Shown here in pieces: positions 23,677 to 37,621 of a stretch of DNA of 64,000 bases (its first letter is position 1; every line of letters starts with the position of its first letter). Source of the stretch: Octopus sinensis (lineage: Eukaryota); contig NC_042999.1 of the NCBI RefSeq assembly GCF_006345805.1, positions 63,488,001 through 63,552,000 on the forward strand, in the 5' to 3' direction. The position numbers and the translations under genes are program-made. A model generated the notes under the pieces. It did no database searches. It was not told where the DNA came from and was given only the letters and a program-made list of their open reading frames with translations.

Positions 23677-24390
23677 GACTCCAATGCCCAGTCCCTTTTA
23701 CAATCTCTTGAACAAGCCTCAAATTGTGTAGGTCTTTACCTCAATGAGGCCAAGACTGAATATATAAACAAGTGCCTGTCCAACAATGATTGCATCATCC
23801 ATACTCTCAACAATGCACCCTTAAATATGGTTTCTGACTACAAATATCTTGGGTCATACATATCATCATCTGGAAAAGATTTTCTAACTAGAAAGGGTAT
23901 AGCCTGGTCAGCCTGTAATGACGTGCATAAGATCTGGTCATCAAATCTAAGTAGAGACTTCAAACTTGAAATATTCAAAGCCACAGTCGAACCAATTCTG
24001 CTATATGGCTCAGAAACCTGGACGTTATCAAAGAAGCTTGAGACGCGGTTGGATGGAACCTACACTCGCCTCCTTATGAAAGCTCAAAACCTCTCGTGGA
24101 AGCGTCATCCAACCAAAATGCAAATATATGGGAAACTACCACCTGTGCCATCTCTTGTGAAAGGTAGGAGAGTCCAGTTGTAGAGAAAACGAGGCAATTT
24201 CTACTCTTCTCCTCTGGAAGCCATCTACTCGCAACACCAGAGGGCGCACACTCTCCTACCCCGATGTAATCTCCAGGGATACAGGCATTCAGCCACAGGA
24301 CCTCCGTAATGCTATGATGGACCGTGAAGTCTGGCGTAGCATGGTAAATTCCATTGTCTCGACCACGGTCGAACAATGATGATGATGATA
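23677..24390 (+). mobile_element. 5'-truncated RTE-type LINE fragment (second family)
   Basis: GLYLNEAKTEY, DYKYLGSYI, ILLYGSETWTL and MMDREVWR motifs; (TGA)n tail. Confidence 0.88.
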
Positions 24391-24979
24391 ATGTATGTAT
24401 GTATGTATGTATGTATGTATGTATGTATGTATGTATGTATGTATGTATGTATCTATGTATGTATCTATGTATGTTTGTATGTATGTATGTATGTATGTAT
24501 GTATGTATGTATGTATGTATGTATGTATGTATGTATGTGTGTATGTTCACTTCTTTTCTTTATTTGAAGTCTTCCAATAAGGCAGGAGTTTGTTTCTAAC
24601 AAAGTTACAAAATTCCATTGTTGCAATGTAGATTACATAAACAATTTCACATTTTGAACATGAGAAAACTTTTGCATGTTTTAAGGTTCTGCTGGTAGAT
24701 TGCATTTGTTATGTGCGTGTAGAGCTGGCGGATTTCTTTCTCTGAGAACTCCATTTCCTCTAGATGTCGTTTAGGCATTTACTCACAAAACCAAGTGCAC
24801 CAATTAGTCAAACAACTATATCCGACATGTTATATTTAGACATGGTAGAATTTTTTCTGAGAATGTTCCACCCAATATTCTTTGCGTCGATGTTTATGGA
24901 TGAATTCGATAACAGTGAGATTCTCTATATTTATTATAGACAGACATATTTTTTTCGGATGGCATTGTTTATTGCTTTA

Positions 24980-25325
24980 GCGACATCTTCGAGTCGCATT
25001 GTGACTTTGCCTTTCATCCTTTCGGGGTCGATTAAATAAGTACCAGTTACGCACTGGGTCGATATAATCGACTGAATCCCTTTGTCTGTCCTTGTTTGTC
25101 CTCTCTGTGTTTAGCCCCTTGTGGGTAGTAAAGAAATAGGTATTTCGTCTGCCGCTACGTGCTGAGTTCATATTCCGCCGAGGTCGACTTTGCCTTTCAT
25201 CCTTTCGGGGTCGATGAATTAAGTACCAGTTACGCACTGGGTCGATGTAATCGACTTAATCCGTTTGTCTGTGCTTGTTTGTCCCCTCTACGTTTAGCCC
25301 CTTGTGGGCAATAAAGAAATAAGAA
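24980..25325 (+). mobile_element. Two tandem S1 SINEs (first one 5'-truncated)
   Basis: Two copies of ctttgcctttcatcctttcggggtcgat...aaagaaata. Confidence 0.88.
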
Positions 25326-25385
25326 ACGTCAAGTATTTCTACCAATATCCCATCACCAAGATTCGTGGCTATGCATTTATCTTAA

Positions 25386-25594
25386 CCCTTTCGCATTCAG
25401 ATTATTCTGTCAAAAGTCATACTTATTCACACCATTTTGAATTAATGATGCATCACCTTGTAGCTTTAAGATGTGATTGCTTTTTTTTTTTTAAGAACAT
25501 TGTAGTGTAAGTGTGAGAGGCTAGATCTGGCTGGTTTGAAAATAAAACAGGTAGAATATTTTGGCCAGATATGACCGATTTGAATACTAAAGGG
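25386..25594. mobile_element. piggyBac-type MITE
   Basis: TTAA-ccctttcgcattca ... tgaatactaaaggg-TTAA (12/14 TIR match, TTAA TSD); a diverged reverse copy lies at ~60495-60696. Confidence 0.75.
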
Positions 25595-25811
25595 TTAAAC
25601 ATAATTAATGTTTTCTATTCAAGAACGATGGATCGTTGGAATCGAAAGAGCGTTGAACAGTAAGATTCTGGTATTACGTTCTTTTGGCACTCTAGGTTGG
25701 AGACAAGCCAAGGTCAACTTTTCTTTTCAGCCTCCTGAGGTTGAAAAGGAAAGTAAGTACCATAAGCTTTTCTAAAAATTCGTGGCCTTGTAACAGTGTT
25801 AGAAAGCCTTG

Positions 25812-25859
<48 letters not shown>

Positions 25860-26118
25860 CACGTGCATGCGTGAGTGAAAGACAAAGAGTGTGGCTTTGC
25901 TTGATTGTGGGGTGTGTGAGCGAGTGAACGTGTGTGCTTTTTTTACTCGTTTTTTTTTTTATCTAAGCAGGAAGGAAAGTCAGTTGAGGTTATTTTAGTG
26001 TGGATGTTTGAAACGTTTGGATGAGGTGTGGAATTGTTTTAATGGCAGTTATGAATGTTGAATCCATGACTAAGAGGAAGGATAGGATAACAACAAAACG
26101 TGATGAAAAAAAGGATGA

Positions 26119-26552
<434 letters not shown>

Positions 26553-26616
26553 TGAAAATTATAGATTAAGATTCAGATTTGAAGCGGAATAATTCTACCG
26601 ACTATCTGGTGTTAAG

Positions 26617-26830
26617 TGGAGGTGCATGGCTTAATGGTTAGTGTTTTGGACTCATGATCGTATGACTGTAGTTTCGATTCCTGAACCGGGCGATAAAGTG
26701 TTCTTGCGCAAAACACTTCCTTTAGCGTTGCTCCAGTCCACTCAACTGGTAAAAACGAGCAATCCTCTGGCAGACCGGTGTCCCGTCCAGGGAGAAATAT
26801 ATACACCAGAGAAACCGGGAAACCGGCCCT
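26617..26830 (+). mobile_element. tRNA-derived SINE family S3
   Basis: tggcttaatggttag A-box, gtttcgattcc B-box, and gttgctccagtccactca body; matches 37362-37621. Confidence 0.8.
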
Positions 26831-27942
26831 ATGCCCCTTACAGAGTAATGTGAATTAACCATTTGGTGATGAGAAATTCAGTGAAGAGAATGAGTACAGC
26901 TGCTTTTGATGAGTAAGTTTGTAGAACAAAATTGGGATGGAACAGGCAGGTTGAAGTAGGGGTATTGGTTGTTGTATGGAAGATAAATGCAGGAAAATTG
27001 TGTTGGTGAGCCAATAGCGAGGGTTAACAAACCAAAAGGAATTTTGCTTCTTTTGAAATAGTTCCTTTAAGCGTTATTTCAAAACTTAGAGGAAATGAAG
27101 AAGAGTAAACGTTTATGATATCTTCTGGGGCTTCCGGAGCTGATGGAAAAAGCTGCGATTCATGATTCAAGCTGGAGTCTTGGTCGGAATTTTTACACTA
27201 AAAATGAACCCTGTTAAAGGCACACAAACATCGATGTTTTATACACAGATTTTGCAAAATGTGTAGGCACAAGAGAGTATTCGTATGATTGTAATTGACA
27301 GGAGTCATAAAATCTCAGCCAACGTTTTTCTAGCATTTCACTGTACTACCGGACAATCATACATACATATATAGGTCTTCATCGATAGTCGTTCACCCAT
27401 AAATTTAAAATAGATCTAATCATCATCGTCAATCATTAAATGATTGACAAATGCACCGGCAACGCTTGAAAAACTCATTAGCGCATCTACAAGTAAGTGC
27501 TGAATGATTCACTAGTGCACTTACAATTATTGGATGAATAGTGCGCCTACAGGTATTAGATAACTTACAGATACACCTACAAGTATTAGATTACACTGTG
27601 TAGCAAATTTTTTTTTATTTATTTATTTTTTACCTGTAAATGTTATTTCCTGCTTGCTTCTATCTAGAAATCAAAGGAAGTGACTACTATTCCCTTCAAA
27701 TTTTGCTTTTGTGACCTGAACATCAATGTTTTGAAACTGACTTATTGTCCATCACATTTCAAACACGATTCAGCGCTGTGCTAATGAAGCAGAAATATTA
27801 TTTTCTACTCTAGGCACCTGTGAAAAAGTGATGAAACGAAACGGGTAGGGAATTTAGTTAAGGTTAATGCCACTTGGTACCGAGACATCGCCACTGGGTT
27901 GGTTATGCAATAAGTCGGTAAGGGATACATATTTCTCTAGCA

Positions 27943-29126
27943 CAGGGGGTCACCAAAGGGTAGCCCGAAGGACCCGCTAGAGGTCGGCGAGGAATTACAA
28001 GGGGTCGATAATAGCCAAGGGGTCGAATGGGGGTCGGCGGGCGAAAGACCAGCTCACCCAGATGAACTGCTTGAAATACTTAGTCAGCGCCATGCTCATT
28101 CCTCACATTGATGCTGTCAATTTCAATAAAAGATATTCCAGTAATATGATGCGTTTTTCACATTTTCTAACCGTAAAAACAATTTCATAAGAATTGAAAG
28201 TTTAATATTGTATACTCGTACACGTAGTTTTAAATGTAAAAAGTGTGTCATCCTCAATAGAATTTCTTAATTTGTCGTACGTGTATATTTTAGCTAACAT
28301 TTTAATTGCCAACGTCAGTACCCGGTACGCATTTAAGATACTAGCAGAGATACCCGGCGTTGCCCGTGTTACATACAATTGAAGAATTAGACTTTTCTGT
28401 TATATTTTCTCTAATGAACTGGAATATCTATGTTTCGAATTTCATCAAAATTGCAGATGCGGGTTATTTCCCTCTTTACACACCCCCAAAAAATTGTAAT
28501 CGTGCCACATATATCCCATACTACTGATTTTTATGCGCATATTCCAAAATTCCAGTCTTATTGAACCTGTTAAAGAGATTTTGCTCCAGAAAAATGAAGG
28601 TGATAGAGCTCTAAAATGTGAGAGCTAAGGCCCCTGTTGGGGTGGGCATCTTAATGTCAAGCAGAGAAGTTGAATTGTTGAGAATCTTTTTTACTTGGAT
28701 CTTATATCTATTGTTTGAATTTCTTTGAAATAGGAAATATATGTTCACTGGGTTTGTAAAAGAGAGCAAAGCTACAGGAAACCAAAAGACGAATGATCAC
28801 AATAAGCAGTCAGTTACCCTACCCTAGTCGTTACCACTCCCAATGTAGGATTCCTCACCATCCAGGTGACAGGCACAGCCGTAAGATGCATTAGGAATAT
28901 ATAGCAATTGGAAGGGCGTGACCCAACTGGAACCAAGTTTGTTACCACACAGCCACACCTGCACCTGTGTGTGTGTGTGAGTGTGTATGGGTGTATATAT
29001 GTATGCATGTATAAACGTGAATATGTGTACATATTACATGTACATCTATACATATATATATATCTACACATATACATGTATACATATCCATCTATATGTA
29101 TAGAAATAAATGTATACATATACAGC

Positions 29127-29164
<38 letters not shown>

Positions 29165-29771
29165 TATATAGGTGCAGGTGTGGCTGTGTGGTAACAAACT
29201 TCGTTCCAAAACACATGGTCCTGGGTTTAAATTTAAATTTAAAATAATAAGGGTGAGAAATTGAATATTAATTTGATTAATATAAATTGAAAACCAGTGG
29301 TGTAGCATATAAGACCATAGCGGATCTTCTTCTAGCAAAATGGACGACCACTGTTAATGGTTCATCACTCTTATATAATAGTTTGACTTTAATAGCTTCA
29401 GTATTAAAGTGAAAGTATCTGACATCACAATAGAGAGATGTTTTTGTTTCACTTTTAACGCGTAATACTGAAATAGTGGAGAAGATATGATATTGTTGTG
29501 GGCTCACCCTAGGCAAGAAGTTAGAAGTTTTTTTTGCCCATGACCCTCCCTGGACTCTAAGTAAGGCATGTGTAAAATTTGGATGAAATTGGTTGTGTAG
29601 TTCTCAAGTTTTAGGGATTCACACAGACAGACAGACACACATTCTCAGTTTTATATATATAGATGATACGGTAGGGTAGGGTACTGAGATATTTTAAATG
29701 AAGAGGGTGGTCGATGCGGAAGGAGAAGTGGCTAAAGGGGGTCGATGGTCGAAAATGTTTGGTGACCCCTG
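27943..29771. mobile_element. hAT (Charlie-like) MITE, split by a Helitron
   Basis: cagggg(g)tcaccaaa TIRs; 8 bp TSD ctctagca/ttctagca (7/8 match). Confidence 0.8.
28341..29663 (-). mobile_element. Non-autonomous Helitron with internal insertions
   Basis: The minus strand starts TCTATATATATAAAA and ends with hairpin acacgggcaacgccgggt-8nt-CTAG; inserted between A and T with no TSD. Confidence 0.85.
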
Positions 29772-30461
29772 TTCTAGCATAACTATTCTGTCAATTCACC
29801 AGACTTAACTGCCCTAATACGAGTACGATCTGAAAACATCTGATCCTCACTTTTACAATTGCAGTGTATTTCGTTGTTAAGTCTAGCTGGTTCGTTGGTT
29901 GGTAGACGCTTCTCTAACAACAGAGTAGCTTCTTCGTTATCTATGGGATAGAAGATTTGTTAACCGGGTGCACATCGTTTTGTTATTATTATTATTTTAA
30001 ATACGTTTCAGCAAGCTAGTGTGGTTGATGTATGGAGCAAATTCACACACGATAGGGAGATTAATTTAGCGTTGTAGATGGGTTGCCACAAAGAAGCTTT
30101 ATTTGGTTAACAAACTGATACTTACTGACAATGTGCTTATTTCTCGAGTCAAGAAACTCAAGATTAAAATGTTTATATTTTCTCATAATATACTTGGTTC
30201 CTTTTTCTCTTCTATTCTTAAGCAGACAAGCTATTCTGTTTCAGCCGACAACTAATCTTGTCATTATCAGTCTAGTTAATCTATCGCTTCATAAAATTGG
30301 ACTTTTTTTTTCCTCTGTGGAATTATTATCATCGTCGTCATCATTATCACCATCAGAAAACGCTCATTATTTTCATCTGCAATGTGCTCTCGTCTGTACA
30401 ACCAACCTCATCAACGATGTATGCTCCACGCGACTATCTCCCACCAGCCCACCCACACTGA

Positions 30462-30630
30462 TCATCATCATCATCATCATCATTTTCGTCGTCGTGGTCA
30501 TCATCATCATCATCATCGTCGTCGTCGTTGTCAGTCATCATCATCATCATCCTCATCATCATCGTCGTCGTCGTCGTCGTCATCATCATCATCATCCCCA
30601 CCAGCACCATAACCACCACCATCATGACTA
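30462..30630. repeat. (CAT)n/(CGT)n/(CAC)n trinucleotide tract
   Basis: Read directly; source of the spurious His/Ser/Asp ORFs. Confidence 0.92.
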
Positions 30631-30849
30631 TCACTATAACCTCTCAATCAAATCTCTCTCAAACAACACTTAGTGTCTTGAAAAAGAAAGTGTAGATTAC
30701 ATTGTACAATGCAGTTCAATATATAATGTGCTTTAAAAAATTATAGTTGGTCACGGCTGGAATTCATTTCACTCACTATAGGTCTGATCGGTTTGGTCAG
30801 GAGAAGCAGACCTGGTGTTACACAGCAACAACAATGGCAGAAAGTTAAC

Positions 30850-31878
30850 TTTGCATATCAGAATGTGCAGCGTGGGCCTCCATCTTACGGACATTTGATA
30901 TACCTGGAACACTGATTCTGTGGATTCCAACTGGTTGCTCCACCAACTACATATGAATCACATGGGAACCTTTACACGATCTCACGGCCTGGAAAACGAT
31001 TACCAAACAATCTTTAAAGAAAACTGCAAAATCCTCCTCAAATTATGTCTATAGCCCTACGGCTGAAAGCCTCTGAAATAAATTGTTCAGTTGATTTTCG
31101 TCGATACTGAATCTCCTTGGGAAGGAATGTCGATGCTCTCACCTAATCCTCAATAGAAATGCAAGGTCTGACATTCCACAGACTGTATCACTCGCCAACA
31201 AGAGAACTATATGCCTGGCAACATTCCAGGTGTCACGTTCCCAATTTTTGGTCTTCATTTGACCCAGGACTGCAGTTCTGTCAAAGAGATGAGCTGAGAA
31301 GACATGCTTTGTAACTGACGACCGCACATGCTCACTCTTCACGATCTAACTGTAGATTTGTTGCTCCATCGTGCCTCTACCGAATGGGCCCGCTGAACAG
31401 CATTTACTCCAATATATCTATAAAAAAATGCCATTTTTCTCTGACAACGCAACCTTTGAGTGTTATGTATTTCAAAAATAACACATCGTCTCTTCTCAAC
31501 TGATAACTATTATTTAACTTTTCTCTTTTTGGGTCCAGCACTTAGCATACAAACACGCAAAATGCACAAGTACTTCCAATCACTTCGAAGCAACAAAATT
31601 TCAGGACCTGATAATGTTCCTTTTATTATCCTCAAACACTGTGTTTCAGAGCTATCCTCCTATACTTACCAAACCCTTCAGTCTCTCCCTCCTCTCCACA
31701 GGGATCTTCCGGGGCCTTTAGAAATAACACTACAATGTGTCTCATTCCGAAGAAACGTAACCTCTCTGATTTTGCCAATTATTGCCCTACCGAACTCACT
31801 TTCAATATTTCTTAATTGATGGAGACACTCATTAACAACGATGTCGTCCAACACCTTTACTCCCCGCTTCCTCCACCC

Positions 31879-31944
<66 letters not shown>

Positions 31945-33050
31945 CTCTAATATTAACGGACATCAGTACGGTTTCAGTAATGCCAGATCCATCTGTGACC
32001 TGCAATCCTATGTTATCCCCACCAGTGCACGCTTTCTTTGTAGAAATTTGGTGAAAGCAAAGCTGTTTCCCTTGATAAGAGAAAAGCTTTCGACCGGTTT
32101 TGATTTGCAAATCTCTAATCGACAATACTCACTCGCGGGCTTCACTCGCCTCTCATATTTTGCGTCGGTATTTTCCGGTCAGATTGTTCGACTGTTGTGT
32201 ATGATTATGGAACTTTTTCTTCCATAGTATTTCAATATATCGGCGAGCTGGCAGAATCGTTAGCACGCCGGGCGAAATGCGTAGCCGTATTTCGTCTGCC
32301 GCTACGTTCTGAGTTCAAATTCCGCCGAGGTCGATTTTGCCTTTCATCCTTTCGGGGTCGATAAAGTAAGTACCAGTTACGCACTGGAATCGATGTAATC
32401 GACTTAATCCCTTTATCTGTCTTGTTTGTCCAGCAATGCTCTCTTACATGTAAATAACACTCCCTTCGTTTTTTCCTTATCTTTCTTTTTCATGCAACGT
32501 CCACATATAACCTACACAGAACACGCTAAAACTCACAACGATTTCTTGAAAAGGGACCTCGTAAGCATCCTGCAAGAAGAATATGAAAGCCCTGTGCCTT
32601 TCAACATTACGAAAACACAAATGCTGTTCATATCAAGGAAACATCATCGCACTTACACTACCACCACTACCACCACCACCGCCCTTAAACGTGAGCAGTA
32701 CTCAACAAGAATCATCACAATCTCTCTAAATGTTAGGTATTGCAATTACCAAAGATCTCTCGTGGAAAAAGTACATCCTTAACATTGCTAGGAACAGATG
32801 ATACTTCAGGTCCTGACAATTATTGGAGAGGCACACAACAGAGTACTGCTCACACATTTAGGATCTGCTGCACATATACACGTCTTAGACCGCATTTAGA
32901 AAAGGACCACTCAACTAATTGGTATGAAATCACTCACAGACACGCTCCAACCTCTGATTCGCAGGCACGCTGTCTTCTGTTTATGTATTTTCTACCGCAA
33001 CTATAATGGCCTCTGCTTCTCTGATCTGATCTGATTAAGCTAATGCCACC
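30850..33050 (+). pseudogene. Highly degraded CR1/L2-like LINE ORF2, interrupted by (TC)n and an S1 SINE (32244-32432)
   Basis: NKISGPDNVPFIILKHCVSEL, HQYGFSNARSICDL and FNITKTQMLFISRK remnants. Confidence 0.65.
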
Positions 33051-33229
33051 CTCACTCATTTCTTAATTGATGGAGACACTCATTAACAACGATGTCGTCC
33101 AACACCTTTACTCCCCGATCCCTCCCCTCTCTCTTTCTCTCTCTCCCTCCCCTCTCTCTCTCTCGCTCGCTCTCTCATATTAACGGCCATCAGTACGGTT
33201 TCAGTAAAGCCAGATCCTCTGCGCCTCTC

Positions 33230-33830
33230 ATCACCTTTATTGAATCCAACCCTCTTTGATCACTATGCTCAGTCTTTCCTTCCATTCTGAAGTGTCGAGT
33301 CTCTCTAAAACTCCACGCCTGCTTATATCTTTCCTTCGAGTTTTGACTTGTAATATTTCAATACGAACATTAACAGTATCAGCCTCGCATTTCTTCGAAG
33401 CCTTGATAAGTACATGGACACTACCTATTCCTCCAGAAAACAGCAAAATTAAAAATAAGGTAAAACAAAAAGTAAGACGAAAGTACAAGAAATTTCTAAT
33501 TTTAGCACCGTAGACAGCTTTCTTAGTGATCAGCTATATCACTGTAATGATGCCCGGTAACTTTAACAGTAGATAGAGACCTAGCATACATCTATGTTGT
33601 AGTCTGCTGCTCGGAGTAATAAAGGAAATACAGTTCCTGATGTAACAGACTCATGCAACAATTTGTAAAAGAAAATACTAAGACCAGCAGTTGAATCTTC
33701 AAAACGAATTGGTGCACGCGTATTAAATACTGGACTGATATCAAGAATTTGAATTCTTATATTTTCAAGGTAGATCAACAGACAATAAACAACTGCTGAG
33801 ATAATTTCTTCTCTTGGCTTATTCATCCAA
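33230..33830 (-). pseudogene. Degraded LINE endonuclease-linker remnant
   Basis: Weak protein-like frames (AKIRNFL, KEGWIQ); family uncertain. Confidence 0.3.
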
Positions 33831-33905
33831 TTGATAATCTGGTAATTGTTGAGAGTGGTGGGAACACTGGATTTTTGTGTGAAACAAGACTAGTTTCTCA
33901 AGGTA

Positions 33906-35183
33906 TCAGGTGATTCCATAAGTTCTCTCCGAATTTTGAATAAAGAAAACAAATGATCAAATGTTATATTTAATTGAATTTTAATCATCAATGTACTTTC
34001 CCTGATTATCTATGACTTCCTTCCATCTATTTACAGGCTTTTTAATCCCATCAATGTAAAACTCTTTTGGTTTCAAAGCGAAGAACTCTGAAATGTTAGT
34101 TTCGACCTCCTCCTGACTTGCGAAAGTTATGTCCCCCAAATGATTCTGTAAACTACGAAACAAATGGTAGTCTGAAGGAGCAAGGTCGGGAGAATAAGGT
34201 GGATGAGGAATTTTTTTCAACCAAGCTCTTCGATCTTCTGTGATCTTTACAGTGTGGGGTCGCGCTTTGTCCTGATGAAACATCACTCATTTTCGATTCA
34301 CTAAAGCAGGTCTTTTTTTCTTCAAAGCTTGGTTCAAACGCTCTAATTACTGACAGTAGACTTGAGCATTGATTGTTGCATTTGGTGGTAACAATTCAAA
34401 GTGAATTACTCCTTTGCAATCCCACCAGATAGAGAGAAGAACCTTTTTCCCATGAAGTTACCTTCTCGGTTGTAGTTGAGCTTTTTCCCTTTTACCAAGC
34501 CACTGTTTACTACATTTAACATTTCGATAGAAGAACCATTTTTCGTCACCAGTCACAAGTCTATCCAAAAAGGGTGAAATGAGTTCGCGAGAATGGAGAG
34601 AAGACCAGATGTCAACTCGGGATTTGCGGTGCTTTCATGAGGCACCCATTTTCCAAGTTTAGGAACCTTTCCAAATTGTTGAAGATGACAATGAACAGTT
34701 GTATGGTTTGAAGTAAGCTTTATTGCCAATTCTTCAACTGATAATGCAGGATTTTCTTCAAGTAATGCCTCAAGGAGCTTATCATCAAACTCAACTGGAT
34801 GCCCTGTTCGATCTTCATCTTCAAGGCTGAAATCTCCACTTCTGAATTTTGCAAACCATCTTCTGCAAGTTCTTTCATTCAAGCATTCTTTCCAATAAAC
34901 TGAGTGTATGTTTTTCGAATTGCTTCGGCTGCAGAGTTTCCTTTTTTGTACTCATAAAGCATTATGTGCCTTAAATGCTCTTTGGATACTTACATGTTAG
35001 AAAGAGTTTTATTCAAAGAAATTTTAATTCTATTATTCTGTAAAATAATATCTAATTAGTTTACATGTACACAAATGCATTAAAATATTTTTTTATTCCA
35101 TTAGACATTCTAAAATACTATTAAAATTCATTCAATTTTTTAAAAAAAGGTAAAAATCGGACATAACTTATAGGATGACCTGA
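33906..35183 (-). mobile_element. Mariner transposon, full length (1278 bp), inactivated transposase
   Basis: Imperfect ~30 bp TIRs tcaggt(g/c)at..ataagtt and TA TSD; ERTCRRWF, WVPHE, HQDKARPH and YSPDLAPSDYHLF motifs; the start ATG at 34995 is followed by a stop; frameshifts. Confidence 0.95.
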
Positions 35184-35290
35184 TATATCATTATGGTGTG
35201 TAGTAGAACATCTGAACAAATTTTAAAGTAATACAAAGCAACTTTAAATGTTTACAATGCAAATAAAGATGTGTTTAATGTTTAAAATCT

Positions 35291-35462
35291 GGCACTCCGT
35301 CACTTACGACGACGAGGGTTCCAGTTGATCCGATCAACGGAACAGCTTGCTTGTGAGATTAACGTGCAAGTGGCTGAGCACCCCATAGACACGCGTACCC
35401 CTTCACATACTTCTCGGGAGATTCATCGTGACACAGTGTGACAAGGCTGGCCTCTTGAAATG
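35291..35462 (-). mobile_element. 3' part of the S3-related SINE
   Basis: Reverse complement matches 38410-38560. Confidence 0.75.
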
Positions 35463-35689
35463 CCGTATGTGGATTTCAAGGTGGATTTCAAGGTGAGCTC
35501 TGTATGCAATGAGTTCATTACTGGGGTCCCAGCTTCGGGTCTGTAGAGTTTCTGATTAAACCCTATTGTAAGTACTCGTCGATATACTGTCGACACTTCT
35601 TTTTCGTCGAGCCTGCCATAAAAAGCGGGTGAGAACGAATGCAAATTAGTAAAAACTAAACTGACTATTATATCTGCATCCGACGGTTA

Positions 35690-36050
35690 AAATAATAATG
35701 AAATTCTTGTATACAGTGCTCAGGTGCACCACAACTTGTCAAAAGTGCGTATAAAGTATATGCAGTAATGTACAAATGTCTGGAAAGCGAACAGTGTATG
35801 AGTCAGATACATGCTTACGTGTGTATGGAGGGGAGAAAATCAGGTGTAGTGTTGGCGAATCTCAGGAAGCATGGAAGTTTTGAAGGATGCAGTGCTCCGA
35901 CAACTAACAACTGATACCGGCAGTGTGTTCCATGCTTCAGCAACTTTTGACGTGAAAAAATGTTTCCGAAAGTCATGGGAGCTGCGCTGTTTTGTTAAGA
36001 GAGGGAACGCCAAATTCAAGCGAGCGCCGTGTATTCAATAAATCGCGCAG
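35690..36050 (-). mobile_element. CR1 LINE 3' fragment
   Basis: FRKHFFTSKVAEAWNTLPVSVV..SFK C-terminal motif and an (ATT)n tail. Confidence 0.8.
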
Positions 36051-37361
36051 CCCGGTGGTCAGTGTCATAGTGACAATGGTAAGAAATTCAGTGATGAATG
36101 AGTCATTATAAAGCGATGAACTAAATCCTGGAAGATAACGCACTTACTGAGGCGCATAGGAACTGTATTTGAATTAAGAAAAAAAAGTTGGTTTTACAGC
36201 TTGACCGATGTTGTTGAGAAGAGTCGCTATTGTCATGATGCACTGGGCGTACGATTGCCTGTTGTGAGTACAATCGCCGATCAAAGATTGCATTCATCGC
36301 CTCTCAAAATTTGATTTTCGCCCCCAGTTGAGAACTACTGCTCTAGACGATGGATTTAGTTTTTCATCGAGATGCCAAGTATAAGTTCTGAGGAGCAGAA
36401 ACGCTTTCACAACATCGCATTTAAAACTTAGGTATAAAGCATTGCAAGAATATGTAAATAGCTGGAACACTGGACCTCTGGTGTGGAGGGCTAGCACTGC
36501 TTACTCTGTCGCTATGTACTACAGTGGCTGATATAAAATTACCTTCCGAGGTGGAGGAATCTTGCAAGTACGGTAAAGAGGCAATAAATCATCTTTAATT
36601 AAATAAGTAACCATCGTATTTTAGTATATCTGCTTATAATAGCAAGATGACCTTTCAAAGATACAACGTAATTCAATGCACCATTTCACAAAGAATTTTA
36701 CAAAACAAAAACGAAAGTGAAATAAGTTTTTTCTGTCGTGTCTGGGGAGAGTCATTTTCTTTTTGTGCTTTATGATTTAACATACTCATCGGAAAAATTT
36801 CCACTTATTTCTTATTTTTTATTTTCCTAAAATTTTCGTTGCGTCTTGCAACCTTTTCGATAATCTCGACTCTTTTTTTTTTTTTTGTGTTAGGTCAAAT
36901 CAATTTAATGATCAAAGAGACATAACTCTTACGACACAAAAATTATACCTTCATGAGTTATTTCCCATTCATCAGTTACTCTAAATTGTTACCGCCATTA
37001 TTCCAGTTAATTCTTACTTTTTACCGTAATATAATTGCACTTATAAAAACTAATGAACGTTTTTGATGCGAGCTGTCGATCTTTCCACCAGACGTCCAAG
37101 GTCTACCAATTTACATATTTATAACAGTGTTGCGAATAATACGTAAAATTGAAAGTGATGTTGCTTTAACTCCATTTGACTGGTGATCATGCTGTTTTTT
37201 TATTCTGCCTATTTTGGACTACAGCGACTTGTGTCCTTCTTTTTAAAACGTTACAATGAAATCTGAGTGAAATTGGACAGCTATTTCTAACAGGTCGAAT
37301 GACCCCCCCCCCCCCGATCCCCTTCAGTTCAGGATTTTAATATAAATCATTTATATTTTAA

Positions 37362-37621
37362 CCAATAAAATAAATGCGCCCTTTTAAAGCCTAGCCAGGC
37401 TCGTGGGTCCGGTTTCCCGGTTTCTATGGAGTATGTGTTCCCCAGTTGGACGGGACGCCAGTCCATCGCAGTGTTACTCATTTTTGCCAGCTGAGTGGAC
37501 TGGAGCAACGTGAAGTGAAGTGTTTTGCTAAAGAACACAACACGTCGCTCGGTCCTGGAATCGAAACCACAATCTTACGATCATGATGCTGATGCCCTAA
37601 CCACTAAGCCACGCGCCTCCA
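37362..37621 (-). mobile_element. SINE S3, full length
   Basis: ggcgcgtggcttagtggttagg A-box and gtttcgattcc B-box. Confidence 0.85.

Noticed and set aside
27027-27201. Open minus-strand frame CKNSDQDSSLNHESQLFPSAPEAPED...
   Set aside because: Weak acceptor, no donor, and no recognisable family
36315-36348. hAT-like terminus (cagtagttctcaac on the minus strand, flank ctctagac); a similar end lies at 58087
   Set aside because: The partner terminus was not found, so the element cannot be delimited
37540-37621. tRNA-like sequences (also at 26617, 38248 and 7624)
   Set aside because: A and B boxes are present but there is no complete cloverleaf, and they are followed by SINE bodies
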